64,000 nt of DNA from Macrostomum lignano. Taxonomy: Eukaryota. This document shows, piece after piece, positions 61,143 to 64,000 of the stretch. The DNA is taken from NCBI GenBank assembly GCA_002269645.1, contig NIVC01000808.1, positions 124,001 to 188,000 of the forward strand. Reading direction: 5' to 3'. The notes beneath the pieces were generated by a model that was not told the DNA's origin, did not search any database, and saw nothing but the letters and a program-made list of their open reading frames with translations. The translations under genes were made by a program, and so were the position numbers. Each line of letters begins with the position of its first letter. Position 1 is the stretch's first letter.

Positions 61143-61440
61143 AAACTCAGCCTAAGGGACAGGCCCAATCTAGCCCAGCCAATGAGAGAGCAGTAAGGAG
61201 AGAGGTTAAAGTCAGACGGACGAAACTCAATTTAGGGGACAGACCTAATCTAGCTCAGCCAATGAGAGAGCAGTAAGGAGAGAGGTTATTAAAGTTAGAC
61301 GGACGAAACTCAGCCTAGGGGATAGGCCCAATCTAGCTCAGCCAATGAAAGAACAGTAAGAAGAGAGGTTAAAGTCAGACGGACGAAACTCAATTTAGGG
61401 GACAGACCTAATCTAGCTCAGCCAATGAGTGAGCAGTAAA
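61143..61440. repeat. 80-83-bp tandem repeat containing CAGCCAATGAG (about 3.7 copies; truncated twin at 51243..51404)
   Basis: Unit starts AAACTC at about 61143, 61223, 61306 and 61386. Confidence 0.9.
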
Positions 61441-61687
61441 GAGAGGTCACAAGAGAGAAAGCACAAAAACGCTAACTTTGCTACTGTTTACAGAGTAGAT
61501 AGTTGTAATTTTAGGGACAGAACTAAGTAATTATATTCTAATATCTGTGTAGCTAGCCTATTAAGCTTCTCACTTTAAAACATTTCAGAGCGGTCACCAG
61601 CTTGGTACAGTGCAGCGGCGAAGCGGCTGGTCTGACGGCTGTCCGTTATTTTTAACCGGGTTGCATCATTGCTACAGTTGACGCAAA

Positions 61688-61951
61688 ATGGCGCCTAGAA
61701 ATCGTTGCTGGTTTGACCGCAGGCGGGCCCGTAACGAGAATCTATTAGTAATGTCGCTGATTCAAGGCTTGTGCGGCCTGTGCGCGATCATTTTGGCATC
61801 GCTGTCGCTGGCCTCGGCCTCGCCTAGGCAGCATTTGCCTCCATTAGATAAGGCAGCCTGTCTGGTGTCCGGCCTAGTCATGCTGGTCACCGCTGTGCAC
61901 GGAGTTGTAACTAGTAGGCGGAAAATCTACTGCACAGTGTTGGCTCTGCTG
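61688..61951 (+). CDS. Four-TM membrane protein, MS4A/CD20-like, exon 1 (TM1-TM2 and start of TM3)
   Basis: ATG in context AAAATGG, two hydrophobic helices, donor CTG|gtgcgt at 61951/61952 (phase 0). Confidence 0.75.
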
Positions 61952-62521
61952 GTGCGTAATTGATGCCGCTAATTATTGATTGTTGACGAGTCATATTAGT
62001 CATAGGGACACCTACTTTAGGCGGTTTTAAAATCACGGTGTCATTTGGCATCCCGGGCTCGAATTCCTAGGATGGCAGACGCCATTATTATAAAATTATT
62101 GACACTCCAAATGAAATATGAGTGACAGAAAATGTGGAACTTGAATGTGTACTTCGGATGCCTAATCGGAATCCTGTTTTTTCCAAAGCTGGATATCATT
62201 TAATTCGAGAATGCCAAAGTTAACCCGTTGAAAACGTTACCGTGACAAGAATCGCTAATGAGTCATTGTGAACAACTCGCTTGAGTCACGTGAGTTGCAG
62301 AATCGTAAAAGAGTCGCGAAAAAGTCGTCCAAGACTTGGTGCTTAACTTTCTTAACCAAATCGATTTGTTATACGACTCGTAAATTGGAAGTGCGATTTT
62401 TAATTCATCAAGTGACGCAGATGCGTTTTAGACGCAACTCGGTAATTCTACAGTGACTCTGGCATTACAGATCTAGCAGATAAACCTGAACCTGACCCTC
62501 TTCACTCTGAATCCCCCCCAG

Positions 62522-62911
62522 GTGCTGTGCGTATTGTCCTGCATAGCCAACGTTAGCTTGCTGTTATCGTGCGCCTGCGGCCTGTACCATTTTGCAACCG
62601 GATATTACTCTGGCAGTAGCGCAATGGCCCTATCAGACCTGATTGTCAGCATTCTTCTATTGCTAATTGGCTTACTGGACTTAGGCGTGGCCATCGCCTG
62701 CGGTGTACTATGCGGCCGTCAGGTCTGTCGGCACGATCCGCGCATCGGCTTGCATCCGGGCGGACGCGGCCTCGTCGTGTTGACCCCGACGCCGCCGCCA
62801 GCCTACGACGTGCACCCGCCTCTGATGCCGGCATTGTTGCTCTATCAGCCAGCTGGCTTTGCGTCGCCTTTGCCGCCGCGGTACTCCAGCTCAGACAGTT
62901 TGCATAATTGA
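62522..62911 (+). CDS. Four-TM membrane protein exon 2 (TM3-TM4, Cys cluster, PPxY tail)
   Basis: Acceptor cccccag|GTG. Encodes IACGVLCGRQVC after TM4, plus PPPAY and LPPRY motifs. About 217 aa in total. The family call comes from topology only. Confidence 0.75.
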   Translation: MLCVLSCIANVSLLLSCACGLYHFATGYYSGSSAMALSDLIVSILLLLIGLLDLGVAIACGVLCGRQVCRHDPRIGLHPGGRGLVVLTPTPPPAYDVHPPLMPALLLYQPAGFASPLPPRYSSSDSLHN

Positions 62912-64000
62912 ACTGTTGCTTACAGAGTTCATGCTTTTCTAATTACCAAATATAGCAAACTAATCTAGTAATAATTCCTGAGGGTGTACAGCGGCCCTGA
63001 CTTTCTAATTGTCGGGCATGTACACTCTCTGCGCCTTGGGGAGCTGGCCCTCGTAGCTTTGAATCATCTGGTGCCACCTGTTGAAGGTCCAGAAGCTCCG
63101 CCTGGGTGAAGGCCAGGCTGCAACTTACTTGGCAAGGCTGCACTGATTTGCAGTGCTGATTGGTGCACAGGGCTGTATTGATTACACTGGCGCTCATTGA
63201 AAAAATCCAACCTTCTAGCAGAATCGTTGAATATCTCGACGGTCCGCAGGGCTAGCGACGACTTGATTCTTGTTTGAGAAGGTGCGCAACAAAAACTTGG
63301 TCCATGGATTACCACCGATCTATACTCAGACTCATCTGATAAGAATCCCTCACCTACTCATCTCTTTACTAAAGCCATCTACTAGTATACTTAGAATAAA
63401 AGCATAAATCACCGCTATTAAGTAGTATATTGATTGTAAGTAGTACAAGTGCAGCAGCTGGTCTCCATCTGTCATTCCTATCTTTACCTGTAGTTTCTCC
63501 TACCTAACTTTCGCTTAAAGTCAAATCATAGTTTAATTTTTTCAAAAAGACATCGAATTTTTATATTAAGAATAGCAAAACTGTTTGGTGCTTAAAACGT
63601 ACATTTTTCTGCTTTTTTTGCTGGTCAACTATTTGCTTGTGTGATTTTTATAGCAAATCTGTGTTTTCCCAAGTATTTGTGTTTTCTGCCGTGTTCTAAC
63701 AGATGTCTTAGCTTCCTATTTACTGTACACGGAGTCTACACTCCCCAAGTATGTATTTTTAGTTTATGGTTTTATTAAAAGTTCTTTTACATTTGAAATT
63801 AGCATGCCTACTATAATTAACAACTTGCCAATTATAATAATAATATTGACGCGGTTCACATTTTTATGACTGAATACTTCTATCTAAATGATTTCATTCT
63901 TTTGCGTATTGACGCTGTTTAAATTTTGATGACTGATTTTATTTATATATTTATGTTTTGCTTTGATTTAACATCTATACAACAATTAAACAAATAGCAG

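Larger units (their letters stand above)
51515..61306. other. Copy 2 of the ~9.8-kb duplicated block
   Basis: Starts TGTGACTTGTGACTAG, matching 41622. Continues past the point where copy 1 ends at the gap. Confidence 0.97.

Noticed and set aside
1-64000. tRNA or rRNA genes
   Set aside because: I recognised no cloverleaf with A/B boxes and no rRNA-like sequence; a covariance-model scan was not run.

Overview
Eukaryotic (metazoan) genomic DNA with GC-rich exons, AT-rich spacers and introns packed with minisatellites. The style resembles a long-read assembly of a free-living flatworm such as Macrostomum; this is an inference, not shown by the sequence. Genes reconstructed from splice sites and protein homology: (1) the 3' five coding exons of a Diaphanous-type formin (+, 310..7350); (2) a four-exon core-1 beta-1,3-galactosyltransferase, C1GALT1 (-, 23418..20108); (3) a four-coding-exon Pins/LGN/AGS3 (GPSM) TPR-GoLoco gene (-, 40575..30071), whose 7.7-kb intron holds a frameshifted opposite-strand gene for an unknown secreted protein; (4) ribosomal protein RPLP0 (+), present twice because a ~9.8-kb block is repeated across a 110-N gap, most likely an assembly artefact; (5) a two-exon four-TM MS4A/CD20-like gene (+, 61688..62911). 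Mobile DNA: a complete but disabled Mag-type Ty3/Gypsy LTR element inserted in a minisatellite, two mariner derivatives, a small TA-flanked MITE, two Foldback/Merlin-like elements with tandem-repeat TIRs, and a LINE RNase H fragment. Tandem arrays make up roughly a quarter of the window. Most unusual signals: a ~3-kb near-total CpG desert, the nested secreted-protein gene, minisatellites that start right after splice donors, and a Gag start codon built from the LTR/PBS junction. There is no CRISPR array and no prokaryotic system. All counts and alignments were done by hand.
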